From NCBI GenBank assembly GCA_918797485.1, contig CAKKNE010000004.1, forward strand, positions 248,001 to 312,000: a DNA stretch of 64,000 bases, written 5' to 3'. Shown in pieces: positions 10,652-22,400 of this stretch. The first letter of the stretch is position 1. Each line of letters starts with the position of its first letter. Under the pieces are notes generated by a model that saw nothing but the letters and a program-made list of their open reading frames with translations, did no database searches and was not told the DNA's origin. The DNA comes from Pelagomonas calceolata (lineage: Eukaryota). Both the position numbers and the translations under genes were made by a program.

Positions 10652-11992
10652 TTACGAACGCCGTCGCTGCGCCGGCCGCCGGCGCGCGACCTTCGCTTTT
10701 TTGGCGAAACCGCCGGGCGGCGCCTCGAGCAAACTCACGCTCGACCCCTTGCTCGTGGCGAAGGGACACCGGCCCGGCTCCTTGGCGCATTCGACAACGC
10801 ATTCTCGCGCTGCTAGATGGACATACGTCGCGTTCGGCCGGCCCCAGACGCAGTTCCTCGTGGGGCACGCCTCCTGGACGTGGTGCGGGCAGCCGACCGG
10901 ACACGAGAACGAGGGCTGGAAGGGCCGCGGGTTCGCCAGTAAGCATAGGGCCTCGTGCCGCCCGGCGGGCGCGTGGAACACGCCGTTGATCACCCTCGCA
11001 CGCGCCTGCTTGGGTTTTACGGAAACTCCCTTGGCGAGGCCGGAAACGCTGTCGAAGCTCGACGACGACGTCGTGTCCCGGACGGGGTGCATCAATTTGT
11101 GTGGAAACACCTTCTCGATCTCGTCGAAGACATCGGTGGAGATGGGCGGATCCAACAAGTAGTCGTTGATGCCGACCCAGCCTGCACTGATGTTTCCCAT
11201 CGTGCACCATTGGGTAATATTGCATAAAGTGGGCACGGCCGTCTCGGAGTGGCCGTAGGAGGGCGGGTCCGCCGCGCCGTCCTGGTCGAGCAACGCCGCG
11301 AATCTTGATGAAAAGCGCACGATCGCCCCGAACAAAATCGCGACCTCGGAATGGCCGCCGTGGCACGTGCTGAAGGGCCAGCCCCCCCGGTCGTTATGGA
11401 AACAGTCGAAGCGCGGGCCCTTCATCATGCCCGCGTTCCAGGCGCCGCCCTTGTGCGGCTTCGCATCTTTGGGCACCCACCCGACGCGCCACGCGAGCAG
11501 GTCCCTTGAATCATTCGCGTGGGCCTCGTAGAACCCGAGCCAGTTCCCGCCCGTGAGGGCGACGTCGTGCTCGACGCACCAGGCGTACTCGTAGTCCCTG
11601 CCCCGCAGCGCGTACGCATAAGCCAACTGCTGGTAGTGCGACTTCTTCAAGGCGGGCTGGCCTTTATTTTTGTGCATTTGGAGTTCTACATTTGGATAAT
11701 TCTCTTCAAACTCCTGGAGGCCGAACTTTATCGAGGACGCATCTTTGTGAAATTGCGCGCAGCACGTCGGCAGCGCGTCCGGGTCGTACAGGATGTGTAG
11801 ATCGTAGTTCTTCGCATTGTTCAGCGATGCGTGGAGCGATTTATAAATTCTTATGGTCAGAGCGTCGTCGACGTGCGTGCGGAAGAGCACGATCGACTTG
11901 AGGAGCCCGGCCCGCGCGCGCACGAACTGGGCCACCTCGTGGCCGCGGTTGCTGGCGCGCGCCGCGGCGGCGGCGAGGAGCAGCCTAAGCAT
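10652..11992 (-). CDS. secreted protein, possible GT-A-fold glycosyltransferase
   Basis: Signal peptide MLRLLLAAAAA; YEYAWCVEHDVALTGGNW (DxD-like); Cys-rich C-terminus. Confidence 0.65.
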   Translation of the reverse strand: MLRLLLAAAAARASNRGHEVAQFVRARAGLLKSIVLFRTHVDDALTIRIYKSLHASLNNAKNYDLHILYDPDALPTCCAQFHKDASSIKFGLQEFEENYPNVELQMHKNKGQPALKKSHYQQLAYAYALRGRDYEYAWCVEHDVALTGGNWLGFYEAHANDSRDLLAWRVGWVPKDAKPHKGGAWNAGMMKGPRFDCFHNDRGGWPFSTCHGGHSEVAILFGAIVRFSSRFAALLDQDGAADPPSYGHSETAVPTLCNITQWCTMGNISAGWVGINDYLLDPPISTDVFDEIEKVFPHKLMHPVRDTTSSSSFDSVSGLAKGVSVKPKQARARVINGVFHAPAGRHEALCLLANPRPFQPSFSCPVGCPHHVQEACPTRNCVWGRPNATYVHLAARECVVECAKEPGRCPFATSKGSSVSLLEAPPGGFAKKAKVARRRPAQRRRS

Positions 11993-12054
11993 GCTGCCTC
12001 TTACTGATGTGGGGCAGCATCTGTATGAATTGCGAGATGGCAGCCTGTGAGTTT

Positions 12055-12078
12055 GCTAGTGTCTTACAGGCCGCTAGC
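12055..12078 (+). promoter_or_regulatory. promoter palindrome (consensus copy)
   Basis: GCTAGTGTCTTACAGGCCGCTAGC between divergent genes. Confidence 0.7.
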
Positions 12079-12417
12079 GCCCGAATTTTAGCGAGACGCG
12101 TTGCGCACCCTTCTGACGACTAAAAGATTGAATGGGTTACGGATGCCTCGATCGAGCCAGGAAACTTTTCACTGCTTTGCTCTCCAAAAGCCCAAATCGA
12201 CTCGAGACTGCGAGGCGCGGCTCTCAATCGCATTCGCTTCCGCGTTGGCAAAAACTCAATTGACGCGACGATCCGGTTCAACAGACCGCAAACACTCGCG
12301 ATTTGAGCCATACAGCCGCGAGGCCGGGTCACCTCTCCGCGCGAGCGCTGGACAGTCGTGCGTGCCGCTTGACACTATTATTGTTGCCGCGGTGCTCGCA
12401 CGATCGGATTTGGAAGG

Positions 12418-13158
12418 ATGCGCAGCGCCGCCTGGCTCCTCGAGGCTCTCGTCGTCGCGTCGACCGCGCGAGGCGTCGCCGGAGTTACAGACGGAGCCGG
12501 CTGCGGCGCGACGTGCGGCGAGCGCGACGCGATCGTGGGGGCGGACGGTAAGTGGTCCGCGGTGCGCCGGGCGGTTCTCGACGACAACAAGGACTGGCCG
12601 ACGCGCGAGGAGAAACGCTTCGGCATCACGCTCCGTCTCCCGCGCGTGCCTGATGGATTTGATACGGACAAGACCCACGTCTCGCGTCCGGCGTTCTTTA
12701 GGACGGACGCGTTTAAATATTGTGTGGACGCGCGGCGGCCGTGGCCGACGGGCTGTAGCTCTATCGGTTCCTGGTCGCTGGTGCTGGAATTGACGTCCTA
12801 TGCCGCGACAATAACGTCAGCATTACTCTTCGCGTTCACGGGCGACTTCCTGGCGAACCGGAAGCTGTTTTCGCGGTTCTTGCTCTTCATCGCCTACGAA
12901 TGTCTGCTGGTCGCCGTGAAGGTGGCGTATCAATTGTTAAGGGACACGCCGCCGTTCGAAGTGAAGTTGCAAAGGAAGCGGGTGAATTTCTTAGGGAGGA
13001 AGATCGTCGCGGACGAGCCGGATGAAAGGAAGGAGGATAGTGATGATGAATCTGAAGAAGATGAAGCCCGACACCCGTTGATCGTGCACGACCGCGACCC
13101 GGAGCAGAACCTGGAAGCGTTACGGAACCCGGACGCGTACCGGCAGAACTTGGCCTAA
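12418..13158 (+). CDS. hypothetical membrane protein (signal peptide plus 2 TM)
   Basis: ATG ORF with signal peptide, two hydrophobic helices and an acidic tail; promoter palindrome upstream. Confidence 0.65.
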   Translation: MRSAAWLLEALVVASTARGVAGVTDGAGCGATCGERDAIVGADGKWSAVRRAVLDDNKDWPTREEKRFGITLRLPRVPDGFDTDKTHVSRPAFFRTDAFKYCVDARRPWPTGCSSIGSWSLVLELTSYAATITSALLFAFTGDFLANRKLFSRFLLFIAYECLLVAVKVAYQLLRDTPPFEVKLQRKRVNFLGRKIVADEPDERKEDSDDESEEDEARHPLIVHDRDPEQNLEALRNPDAYRQNLA

Positions 13159-13192
13159 GTATCTATTACCCCTACTTATACGCAGCAACTAC

Positions 13193-16100
13193 TCACTGCA
13201 TCTTCTTCTGCGCCAGCTGGCAGAGGAACTTGACGCCCTTCAGCCAGTCCTTGTGCGCCGCCCAGTGGCTGTTCACGAGCGCGACCTGGACGGCCGACGC
13301 CGTCGCGTAGTCGCGCTGGAGCACGGCCGACACGAGGCGGTTGCACTGCACGATGACGTCCTCCTCGACCTGGCCGTAGGTCAGCTTCTCTTTGAGCTTT
13401 TCCGCGGCCTTACTACCTTCCGCGAGCTGGCGCTTCTCGGAGCCGTTCAGCGGGCATTGCGAGAGGTGCTGCACGAGCTGCTGCAGGCCCTGGGCGACGG
13501 CCGTCGCCTCCGGCGACTGGGCCACGGGCGCCGGCGGCGGCGCGGGCGCGGGCGGCGGCGCCGGCGCCGGGGCCGGCGGCGGCGCCGGGGCCGGCGCGGC
13601 CGTGAACCCGGCGCTCGAATACTGTGGTTGTTGCGGCGGCGGCGCGGCCCCGAAGCTCTGGGCCGGCTGGTCGAAGCCCTGGCTCGTCACGGGAGCCGGC
13701 GGCGCGAGGTTCGGCACGGAGTTCTGGCGCACGTGCGTCGGCATCGGAACCGAAGGCGCTTGCGTGATGGGCATGGGCATGGGCGCGGGCGCCGGCGTTG
13801 GTTGGACCGGTGCCGTCCGCACGGGCATCGGGACCGCCGTAGTAGGTTGCGGCGAAAACGCTTGCGTCGGCTGCGGCGAAAAAGTCTGAGGCTGCGGCGA
13901 GAAGGGCTGCGCCTGGGCGTAGGGGTCCGGCTGCGCGGGCTGCGGCGCGAAGGGCATCGGCGCCGGCGCCGGCGCGGCCCGCGTGAACGCCTGGGCCGGC
14001 TGCGCAACGGGTTGGGGAGGCGGGTCCCAGCGCGTCTCGCCCGTGTCCGCGTTGGCGTAGTACGTTCTTCCACTGGAAGGATCGCTGTGGGCCTGCCAGG
14101 GGTGCGGCAAAGCACCATCAGCTGGTTGCGCCGGCACGATGCCCGTGATCGCGGAAGAAGGTCTGACATCAGTAACTGGAAAGGAGGGTTGCACGTGATC
14201 ATAGGCGTTCGACGCCGCGCGATGCAACCGATCTAGTAACAACCTTGATGAATCATCTTGCGCTCCACAATATTTCGTGGCTGCGGCGATCTCGCCCTCG
14301 GCCGCGAGCTTTTCAGAGTACTGCGTGAACAGGTCCACGACCTCCGGTCCTAATGATCCTAAGGCTTGCGTCGGGTCCTGGTTCGGGTTCGAATCGTCCC
14401 TCGCGAAGACCGTGACCTTTTCTACCAAGTCCTGTAGTCCTGCAGTGTTCTCCTGTTTCTTGTAGTCGCTAATCCAAAAACTGACAGTCTTGGCGACGTT
14501 GACGGCGCACATGTAGCACAGCGAGGCCGCCGTCTGGTCGCGCTTCTCGTTCTCCAGGCGTTGTCCTAGGGCCTCGCAGAGTTGCGGGAACTCCTCGCTT
14601 TTGCCGTAGGTAGATAAAATAGCCAGGGTCTCCTCCCACTTATTCAAATCCGCGGTCTGGACGAGCTGATCGAGCTCGTTCGTGATGATGGCCCGGACGA
14701 CGCCGAGGAAGGGTCGTTTCCGAGCCGCTTTCTCGAAGTATCTCGCCCTAGTTTTCTCCCAGAGCTCGGCACCGCCGCACGACGCCAGCAACAGAGCGTC
14801 GGCCAGCGCGCCGTTCTTGAAGCAGCCCTCGACGGCGGCGTCGAAGTTCCCTACCAGTAAAGCTCGCTTCACGTCCGCCTCGGCCGCAGGTGTAAGTGGA
14901 GACTTCTCCTCGATAGATCTGTCAGAAGAGATGGACAACGATTGCGTTCTAGTAGCAAAAACATCTTCCGCCGACGTGTCGTCAACTGCAGGAGACGACG
15001 GCGTCGACGAGGGCGGCGGCGGCGGTGCGAACTGCTGCGCTATTTTTTGGGCGTCATACCCTAAGCATTCGAGCAGCTTCTCGCGGGCGTTCGGCTCGAA
15101 GATGAGCGCCATGAAGGTCCAGGTCCTCTTGTCTGCTGAGGTCTTTGCGGTTGCGACTTTGGCGTCGCAGAAGGCCGCATAATCCTGGGACGCTAGAGCG
15201 GCTTCGAACGCGCGACTAGCGTTCACCAGCGATCGATCTTCGACGTGCCTTCCTAGCTTTACTTGGGCCTTGGATTTGGACGAGAAGGACGCTAAGCGAC
15301 CACCAAAGCCGAAGGCGACACCGGAAGGCCTTCGGAGCCACTTCGGGGCCGTCCCGGAACCCGACGAGATCGAATGGATCTGCACGCTGCGATCAAAAGC
15401 GCAGGTCGCCAGGACGCCTTGCTGGGACGGACTCCATGCCACTTGATACCTTCTTCCTGCTGCGGCCTTGCCGAAGCCCCCGTTGCCCGGGGCAGAACCA
15501 CCAAATAAATCGGACGCGCCAGAACCAGAAGCCGCGCCGAAGTTCGTCGCTTGGGGAGAGCCCGGTTCCGCGCCGCCGCCCGGCAGTTCGTAGACGGCCT
15601 GCTGCGTGGACAGGTCCCACAGCAGCGTCTTGTTGTCCCGCGCGCAGGACGCGAGTAACGCGGTGTCGTCCGGGCACCAGTCAATACTCAGAATACCTTG
15701 CGTGTGGCCCCGTAACGTGCCGAGGGGCATTGTTGTTGATGACCGTAAATCCCACAGCCGCACGACGGGGTTGCCGTCGTCTCCGGAGGCAGTGGCCAGA
15801 TGGAGACCTTCTAGTGGATTCCAGGCAACGTCACTCACAGGACTCCTGGAGGCCGCGTCCCGTAACTCGCACCAGGGCTTCTTCTGCCTTAAATCCCACA
15901 CAATCGTCGCCCCCGATTGACTGGCCGTGGCGAGGATGTGGGACACTTGCGAGTTCCAGGCGACCCTCGTCACTTCGGCCGAATGTTTTGCCGCGTTCGG
16001 GGGCGGCGCCGGCACGAAGACCGTCGGCGCCTCGGGCCGTTCTAACGATGCAACAAACACCTCCTTGTCGGCGCCTCCTGATGCTAATAAATGCGCAGAG

Positions 16101-16510
16101 GCAGAGTGCGGATTGAATTGCAATCCATTCACGGGTCCGGAGTGCCTCTGCACGCGCGAGACATGCGCTTGCGGGTGGCCCGCGACCATCTTCGCCGCGT
16201 CCCACACATCCACGGAGCCGTCGGACATGCCGCCCGCCACCAAGCCTAGGGAGAGAGCATCGGCGGAGGCCTTCCCGGGTAGGGCGGACCAGGCCAACGA
16301 CACAAATCTCGACGAGGTCTTCGCTACCGCCGCCGGTTTCGACGTCGCACTCTCGTCGGTGAGGTCCAACGCATGGAGTTCTAGGCGCGCCCCATAATCG
16401 TCGAACCCCGCTCCTGACGCCTCGGTCGTGCCCAACGCGACCATACTCTTGGGGCCGGGGTACCAGGCGAGCGTCGCGCCGACATCTTCCACCGTTTTGA
16501 GGACGGTCAT
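13193..16510 (-). CDS. SEC31: COPII coat protein SEC31 with an inserted WW domain
   Basis: N-terminal WD40 (WNSQVSHILATAS, WDLRQKK), APKWLRRPSGVAFGFGG, ALLVGNF, Pro-rich linker, C-terminal helical domain; WW-like LPHPWQAHSDPSSGRTYYANADTGETRWDPP. Confidence 0.95.
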   Translation of the reverse strand: MTVLKTVEDVGATLAWYPGPKSMVALGTTEASGAGFDDYGARLELHALDLTDESATSKPAAVAKTSSRFVSLAWSALPGKASADALSLGLVAGGMSDGSVDVWDAAKMVAGHPQAHVSRVQRHSGPVNGLQFNPHSASAHLLASGGADKEVFVASLERPEAPTVFVPAPPPNAAKHSAEVTRVAWNSQVSHILATASQSGATIVWDLRQKKPWCELRDAASRSPVSDVAWNPLEGLHLATASGDDGNPVVRLWDLRSSTTMPLGTLRGHTQGILSIDWCPDDTALLASCARDNKTLLWDLSTQQAVYELPGGGAEPGSPQATNFGAASGSGASDLFGGSAPGNGGFGKAAAGRRYQVAWSPSQQGVLATCAFDRSVQIHSISSGSGTAPKWLRRPSGVAFGFGGRLASFSSKSKAQVKLGRHVEDRSLVNASRAFEAALASQDYAAFCDAKVATAKTSADKRTWTFMALIFEPNAREKLLECLGYDAQKIAQQFAPPPPPSSTPSSPAVDDTSAEDVFATRTQSLSISSDRSIEEKSPLTPAAEADVKRALLVGNFDAAVEGCFKNGALADALLLASCGGAELWEKTRARYFEKAARKRPFLGVVRAIITNELDQLVQTADLNKWEETLAILSTYGKSEEFPQLCEALGQRLENEKRDQTAASLCYMCAVNVAKTVSFWISDYKKQENTAGLQDLVEKVTVFARDDSNPNQDPTQALGSLGPEVVDLFTQYSEKLAAEGEIAAATKYCGAQDDSSRLLLDRLHRAASNAYDHVQPSFPVTDVRPSSAITGIVPAQPADGALPHPWQAHSDPSSGRTYYANADTGETRWDPPPQPVAQPAQAFTRAAPAPAPMPFAPQPAQPDPYAQAQPFSPQPQTFSPQPTQAFSPQPTTAVPMPVRTAPVQPTPAPAPMPMPITQAPSVPMPTHVRQNSVPNLAPPAPVTSQGFDQPAQSFGAAPPPQQPQYSSAGFTAAPAPAPPPAPAPAPPPAPAPPPAPVAQSPEATAVAQGLQQLVQHLSQCPLNGSEKRQLAEGSKAAEKLKEKLTYGQVEEDVIVQCNRLVSAVLQRDYATASAVQVALVNSHWAAHKDWLKGVKFLCQLAQKKMQ

Positions 16511-16813
16511 CTTGCTAACCCTTGCGCGCGCGCACGCGCCGCGTGGCAGACAGGCCTCCTTGGGAGTTTGGCTGCGGCCGCGTTTCTCTGGTGCAGCGCT
16601 CGACTACTGGCTGCACGCGTCGTGAAGGCAGCGCTACGCTATTTTCTTAGCACAATGGAGCAATGCTCCAGTCGTAATGGCCAAAGCGAGAGGCGGCGGC
16701 TTTGCTTATTTTTAGAGGCAGGCGAGATGGACCAATCGATTTCCCTTCACTGAGTAGCGCAGGCGTCCGGAGAGCTCTGTCTTGACTCGTCATCACCCTC
16801 TTTGTTATATTGA

Positions 16814-16832
16814 GCTAGTTATAACACACTAG
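16814..16832 (-). promoter_or_regulatory. promoter palindrome, short variant
   Basis: CTAGTGTGTTATAACTAGC between SEC31 and the LRR gene (divergent). Confidence 0.5.
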
Positions 16833-17028
16833 AGATCCCCCAAAACAGCACTGTTGTGCCGCTAGATCACTGCAGTAGCCGGTGCAGACGCATACGGTGC
16901 GAGATATTACTTGTTGGGACAGCTGCGTCCGGTGCGCAAAGCAGGAGCTGCTAGTTTTGGCGCCCTGCACTGTTCACAGCAGTCTCAGCCAGGGCAGCGC
17001 TATCTGCGCAAGCGCTATCACTGCAGCA

Positions 17029-18600
17029 ATGAACGGCACACCGCCAAAACCGCCGCAATCGGCAGAAAAATGGCGCAAAAAGCGCGACGACGCCCGGCAA
17101 AAGAAGCAAGACCTCGACAGCGACGTCGCAACCGCGACCACCGTCCCGCTAAAAAACGTCTTCGCCACCTTAGCACCGACGACGGCAGAACGCATCAAGC
17201 GCATGCAAGCGAAGGCCGCACCGTCCAGTCCACCTCCTCCGCCGCCGCCGCGCCGGAGCATCGATCCGGCCGCGTGCGCAAGGCGGGAGGCCCGCGTCGC
17301 GTCCTTAGTGAGGTCGTCGCGCGACGCCTCGCCCGTGTCGAGCGTGGCGTCGACGCCGGTCAAAGTGCCGGTCGAGTCCGAGGCGCTGACGACGACGAGC
17401 CCCGACGTCGTGTCCGCCGCCGCCGCGTCGCTCCGCCGCGCGCCCGCGCGCTTCGCCACGGACGATTCGCCGGACGCCAAGACCGTGAACTCCGCCGCCG
17501 CGGCGCTCGCGGCGCTTTCGGTGCACGACAAAGCTGTTGCCGCGGGCGTCGTCGCCCACGCGGCCGCGGTCGACGCGGAGAAGCGCGACTCCACCGAGTC
17601 CTGGGACCAGTCGCCGCCGCAGCAACTAAGGGTCTGGCGGGGCGGCGGCGTCGGCGGGACAGGAAGAAGTGGCGTCGGCCGCGTCGGCCGCGAACCCGTG
17701 GAGCGGTCCCGGGCCCTCACGGCGCGATCCCGGGCGCCGCGGACCCCGATCCACGGCGCGCCGCGGAAACGAGCTTTGCCTCGCAGGAAGAAGGGCGATC
17801 CCGGCTTGGATGCGGCCGCCGAAGCCTACGCGGACTACTTCTGGCCCTGGCGGCGGAAGAAGCGGGAGGCGGCTTTTGATGAAGACATCATACCGAGAAA
17901 CTGGGACGTGGTCGGCGAGGGCGACTGCGACGACGGCGCGTGGCGGGCAAGATGGCGCACGCTGCGCATCGTCACGCAGAACTACCACGAGGGCGACGCC
18001 GTCGACGTGCGGGTCCCGCCGCCGGATTCTCATTTAGTAGAGACGGCGGGGCGGCCCTGGGCCGACGCCGTGGGCCGGGCCGCGAAGGACGCGACGTCGT
18101 TGGACGACTCGCGGCCGCTCGTCGCCGTGTCCTGCGTGGCGACGACGCAGAGCGACGCGGACGGCGTAGCTGCTCTATTTAGGGGATTGGACGCGGGGCC
18201 GCGCCTACCCTGGCGCGTGTCGCTGCGCTGCGTGTCTTTGGTGGGCCTCGGACTCGGCGACGAGAAAAGTCTCGGGGCGACGCTCCATGCGCTCACGAAG
18301 CTGCGGTGCCTGGACCTGTCGCGGAATTGTTTGCGGAGCGCGCCGCCGCAGCTGCCCGCGGGGTTGGTGCGATTGGCGCTCGCGGAGAATCGACTCAAGA
18401 GTTGCGTGCGGCTGGAGCAGCTGGCGTCGTTACGTGTACTAGATGTAGCGGGCAACCCGATCACGTCGACGCGCGCCTTCTTTCCGCTGGTGCTGTGCCG
18501 GATGACGCTGGTGGAGCTGCGCGTGCGCGACCTGAGGACGTGGGAGCCGTGCTGGCGGCGCAAGGTGAAGGACCTGTTTCCGAAGGCGACGGTGTTGTAA
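17029..18600 (+). CDS. leucine-rich repeat protein with disordered N-terminus
   Basis: LRCLDLSRNCL, LVRLALAENRL, LRVLDVAGNPI; ATG at 17029. Confidence 0.75.
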   Translation: MNGTPPKPPQSAEKWRKKRDDARQKKQDLDSDVATATTVPLKNVFATLAPTTAERIKRMQAKAAPSSPPPPPPPRRSIDPAACARREARVASLVRSSRDASPVSSVASTPVKVPVESEALTTTSPDVVSAAAASLRRAPARFATDDSPDAKTVNSAAAALAALSVHDKAVAAGVVAHAAAVDAEKRDSTESWDQSPPQQLRVWRGGGVGGTGRSGVGRVGREPVERSRALTARSRAPRTPIHGAPRKRALPRRKKGDPGLDAAAEAYADYFWPWRRKKREAAFDEDIIPRNWDVVGEGDCDDGAWRARWRTLRIVTQNYHEGDAVDVRVPPPDSHLVETAGRPWADAVGRAAKDATSLDDSRPLVAVSCVATTQSDADGVAALFRGLDAGPRLPWRVSLRCVSLVGLGLGDEKSLGATLHALTKLRCLDLSRNCLRSAPPQLPAGLVRLALAENRLKSCVRLEQLASLRVLDVAGNPITSTRAFFPLVLCRMTLVELRVRDLRTWEPCWRRKVKDLFPKATVL

Positions 18601-18617
18601 GTTTTGTTGTTTGGTTT

Positions 18618-19262
18618 TTACGCGACGCTCCCCGGGGGGTGGGGAGTTTTGCTGGGTCTGGAGCGCTCGCATGTGAGTGGTGTGCCTCGCCGGGGAGGCT
18701 TCGCGCCGGGCGCGTTGATTTTCTTGTTCAGGCTACGATGCAGTTGCACGAGTTGTTGCACGTACCGTTGGCCTTCGCCAGCGCTTTCACTAACTCCTCG
18801 TTGACTGCGTTTTGTCCTTGAGAGCCGGACGGGGGCGCGCGGTCGGTGTTGGACGCTGTAGGTGAGCTCCGTCAAGGCTCCGAGCTTGCCGATCGAATCC
18901 GGTAGCACTGTGATGACTGCGCGAGATAACCGGAACTTCATCAGCTTCGTAAGCTTGCCGATCGCCTCTGGTAGCTCGGTGAGACTTCCGCATTGGAGCA
19001 TGTTGAGCTCCCTCAGCGCGCCGAGCTCGCCGATCGCGTCCGGCAGCGCGACGAGGCTCGAGCACTTGTACAAGTCGAGCTCCGTCACCCGACCGTCCTC
19101 TACCGTGACAATTGTATCTCCATCGGGCTGTTTCCACTCGCGCGGGTCCTCGTCGCCCCCGAAGTACTCCTTGAGCGCACCGCTCTCGTCGTCGTCGCGC
19201 AGTTTTCGCAGAGCGACGAAGTCGGCCTCTAGCGCCGGCGGAATCTCGTCAGACGACGCCAT
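18618..19262 (-). CDS. LRR protein (plant-type LxxLPxxIGxL repeats), apparently 3'-truncated
   Basis: Three repeats LPDAIGELGAL / LPEAIGKLTKL / LPDSIGKLGAL, after which coding quality is lost near 18860. Confidence 0.6.
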   Translation of the reverse strand: MASSDEIPPALEADFVALRKLRDDDESGALKEYFGGDEDPREWKQPDGDTIVTVEDGRVTELDLYKCSSLVALPDAIGELGALRELNMLQCGSLTELPEAIGKLTKLMKFRLSRAVITVLPDSIGKLGALTELTYSVQHRPRAPVRLSRTKRSQRGVSESAGEGQRYVQQLVQLHRSLNKKINAPGAKPPRRGTPLTCERSRPSKTPHPPGSVA

Positions 19263-19497
19263 TACGCCGTCGCCGCCGCCGCTCGCTTGGAAACTCAGCA
19301 GTGGTGAATTAATGCAGTGAGAGCACTCACAGCCACTGAGCTCTGCAACGCAACGCAGGGCCTTTCAGGCGTATCGCAAGACGTCCAATAACGCGATTTA
19401 TCTAGCACAGGTCGCGGGCCGCCGCAAAGCCTCGTGCGCTGCGTAAAAGGCAGTGGAAAACCCGCTCGAAACACAGTAATTACGCCCCCAGGAGATA

Positions 19498-22400
19498 TCA
19501 CTCCCCACACTTCAACACATACCAGTCGGGACAACACCCGTCCGGGTCGTTCCCCGCCGTCACGTACACTCTCAAATTGCGCACCGCGGCGAACTCGTCG
19601 ACGGCATCTTTCACGCCGAAGGTCACGCCCGCGGCCGCGACGTGGCCCGTGTAGTAGTCGTTGCCCGCGAAAAGGCCGCCCACTTTCACCTTCGGCCACC
19701 AGTCGATGAGGTCCGCGCGGCAGTTGCGGTAGTCGTGCGAGGCGTCGACGTACACGAAGTCCAAGCTCTGGTCCTCGAAGCTCTTGGCCGCGTCGCTCGT
19801 CCAGTTCCGGTGGACGCGCGTCCTCGCCTTATATGGTGCAACCGCCTGTAAAGTTTCCGCATACGCATCGTCCTGCTTCTCCACGGATTGATAGATGTCG
19901 ACCGGCTCCCACGAGTCGACCAGGTGGAGCGTGAGGTCGGGGAGCTCGCTCAGCAGGCGCCGCGAGTAGGAACCTTTCCAGACCCCGAGCTCGGCTCCCA
20001 CTCTATCTAAGCCGAGATCTCGCAATAGCGAAGGCAGCTCGTGTCGGTGCGGGATGATCCGGAGCAGTGGCGTCGCCCGCGCGGCGGGGTCCGGCGAGTG
20101 CTGCGCGACCGCTAAATTGGAAGCGGGCCCGCCGTGGTGCGCTTGTAGTATCGGGTGATCAAAACACGCGTCGCGCCGCGACGCCGGTAGATCTCCTCGT
20201 TCCGCGTCGTAGCCGGCCGCGGATGCCCGCGTCGTGGCGTCGCGCACGCCGTCGGCCCGGCGCTTTGCCGCATTCAACGCGTCCTTCACGCCATCGAACG
20301 CCTCTTCCAGTGCGGCTCGCTGCGGACCGTCCACGGCGTCGACGGCTCTCCTCAACGCGTCGAGCGCGTCCGTCGGTTTCGAGGACGCCCACGCGGCGTG
20401 GGCCTCGAGCCGCTCCGTGCGCCGGTCGCGCTCCCCCTGCACGTGTTGTATCAGATGCGCTTTGGACCTGCGTCGACGGCGTGACAACTCGAAGGTGAAC
20501 GGGACGCTGCAAGACAAACGCGTCGTCGACGGCGTCCCGCACATCAGCATCATCAATCTCCGCGAGGAACGCCTCCACGCTCTCCTCGGCGGACTGCGCG
20601 CCGTAGACGCTCATCGTCCAGCGCCCGCAGTTGTCGGCAGAGCACAGATCCACGGGCACGTGGAAGAGGGCCTGTTCGTTGGACGACGATAACGGCTTCC
20701 GCGTGGCGTCGAAGGGCGAGCCCAGGACTCCCCCATCCGTCACGAGCGCCGCTCGCCTGCCAGGCGCGTTGTACGCAACAGCTGGCTTGCCCCGCGCGTG
20801 ATAGAACGCCGACAGCTCCTGGAAGAACGAGGACCACGTGTTGCCCGCCACCACGTCCGCTTGCTCGCAGACCGCCATATCTAACGCCGCGCGAGCGAGT
20901 AAGTGGTCGGCCTCCGGGTCCCAGGCGTCGCTCAGTACTGATAAAGAAGTGAGGTTCTTTCGGTTGAGCAGGGGCGCACCATTTAATGAAGAAGGCGGTG
21001 GCGTATCGGTGTCGTTGCCCACCGCGAGAAACACGACATCGACGTTGGCGAAGGCAGGATGGGCCGCCACTCTTCTGACCGCCTCATCCCCGTCCACCCA
21101 GTACAGATTGTCGTGGGGCACCTGCGTCGCCTTCCCCAGGGATATGGCGTGCGACTTCCAGTCGTTCTCGACCCGCAGGTGCAAGCAGCCGAGCCGCGGG
21201 CCGTGTAATCTTCTAGCCTCTGAAGCCAACTCCGACGCCCTCACCGAAATCTTCGCGGACCAGCGGAAGGCGTCCCGGATTTTTGGCAGTCGGATTGGCT
21301 CATCGAAGAGATTCAGCATGGTCGTCTGCGAGTAGGTCCCCGCCGGCCAGACGACATGAAGGAATTCATCTGTCACAGCACCCATCCGCTCTTTGTAAAA
21401 ATCTTCGCCCACGTCGGGGTCCGGACTACAATCCCTCTCCGCGATCTCATTTCGTTTATGCGCGGCGATGGACCGATTTCTTGTGATGATCTCAGGCTCC
21501 GCACTCACGCCCAACGAAGACAGCGTCGCAATAAAGTAGTCTTCATCATAGATCTCCCCGAAATCCAAAAAGCGCATCTTCGAGCCGTCCTCGCCATACG
21601 TGAAGAGGAAGGGCAGCACGAACTTTCTCCGGAGAACGTTCGCAATGAGGACCATGGTGGCGATGTCCCGTCTCTGGTTCGACAGGCCGTTCGGCGGGCT
21701 CCGGAAGCTCACGTACCTGTTCCCAGAAGGCATCTCGGAGGAGAAGTCCCGGAAGGGCTGGAGCTCGCTCTGTCCCGTCCACTCCGCGAGCGCGAGAAAC
21801 AGCGCCTCCGACGCCCTAGCTTCTTCATGATAGCCGTTCCGCCGCAACACTTCCGCCCTTCCGGGTAACTGCCAGGGCCGCTGGAGGTACCAGGTCTTCG
21901 CCGCGTTGCCATCTTCATGAGATGGGAAGGCGTCGCTCGCCGCCTTGCCCTCATTCCCTTGCAGCTCGCACCGGAAGGTCGCCCTTATCGGTTCCGCCAA
22001 CGGCCGGCCGCTCCCGTCCAGAATCACGACAAACAACGAATGGGTCCCGACGGCCATCCTCAAATACCCGAAGACCGGTAGCGAATCCGCGTCTCGCGGA
22101 TACCTAGATATTGACCAAGTGTACAAATCAACCGAAGTAGCGATGGTGGCGTTCAAGTCGAGATCGTCCCGCAACACGTCCATGAAGTCCCTCGACGACC
22201 CGTCGGCGTTCCGTATTCGTAATGAGGGAGAAAATGTGCCTCGCTGCAGCGTCGGTTGGTACGTCGCGCCGTCCCTCGGCTCGTCGACAAACAGGTAGGC
22301 GCCCTCGCAGTAGGCCGAGTTTTGTGAAGGTCCATTGGGACCACATAGCGACGGCGTCAGAGGAATATCATTACCTCTCTCGTCGAAATCAAAACTCTTG

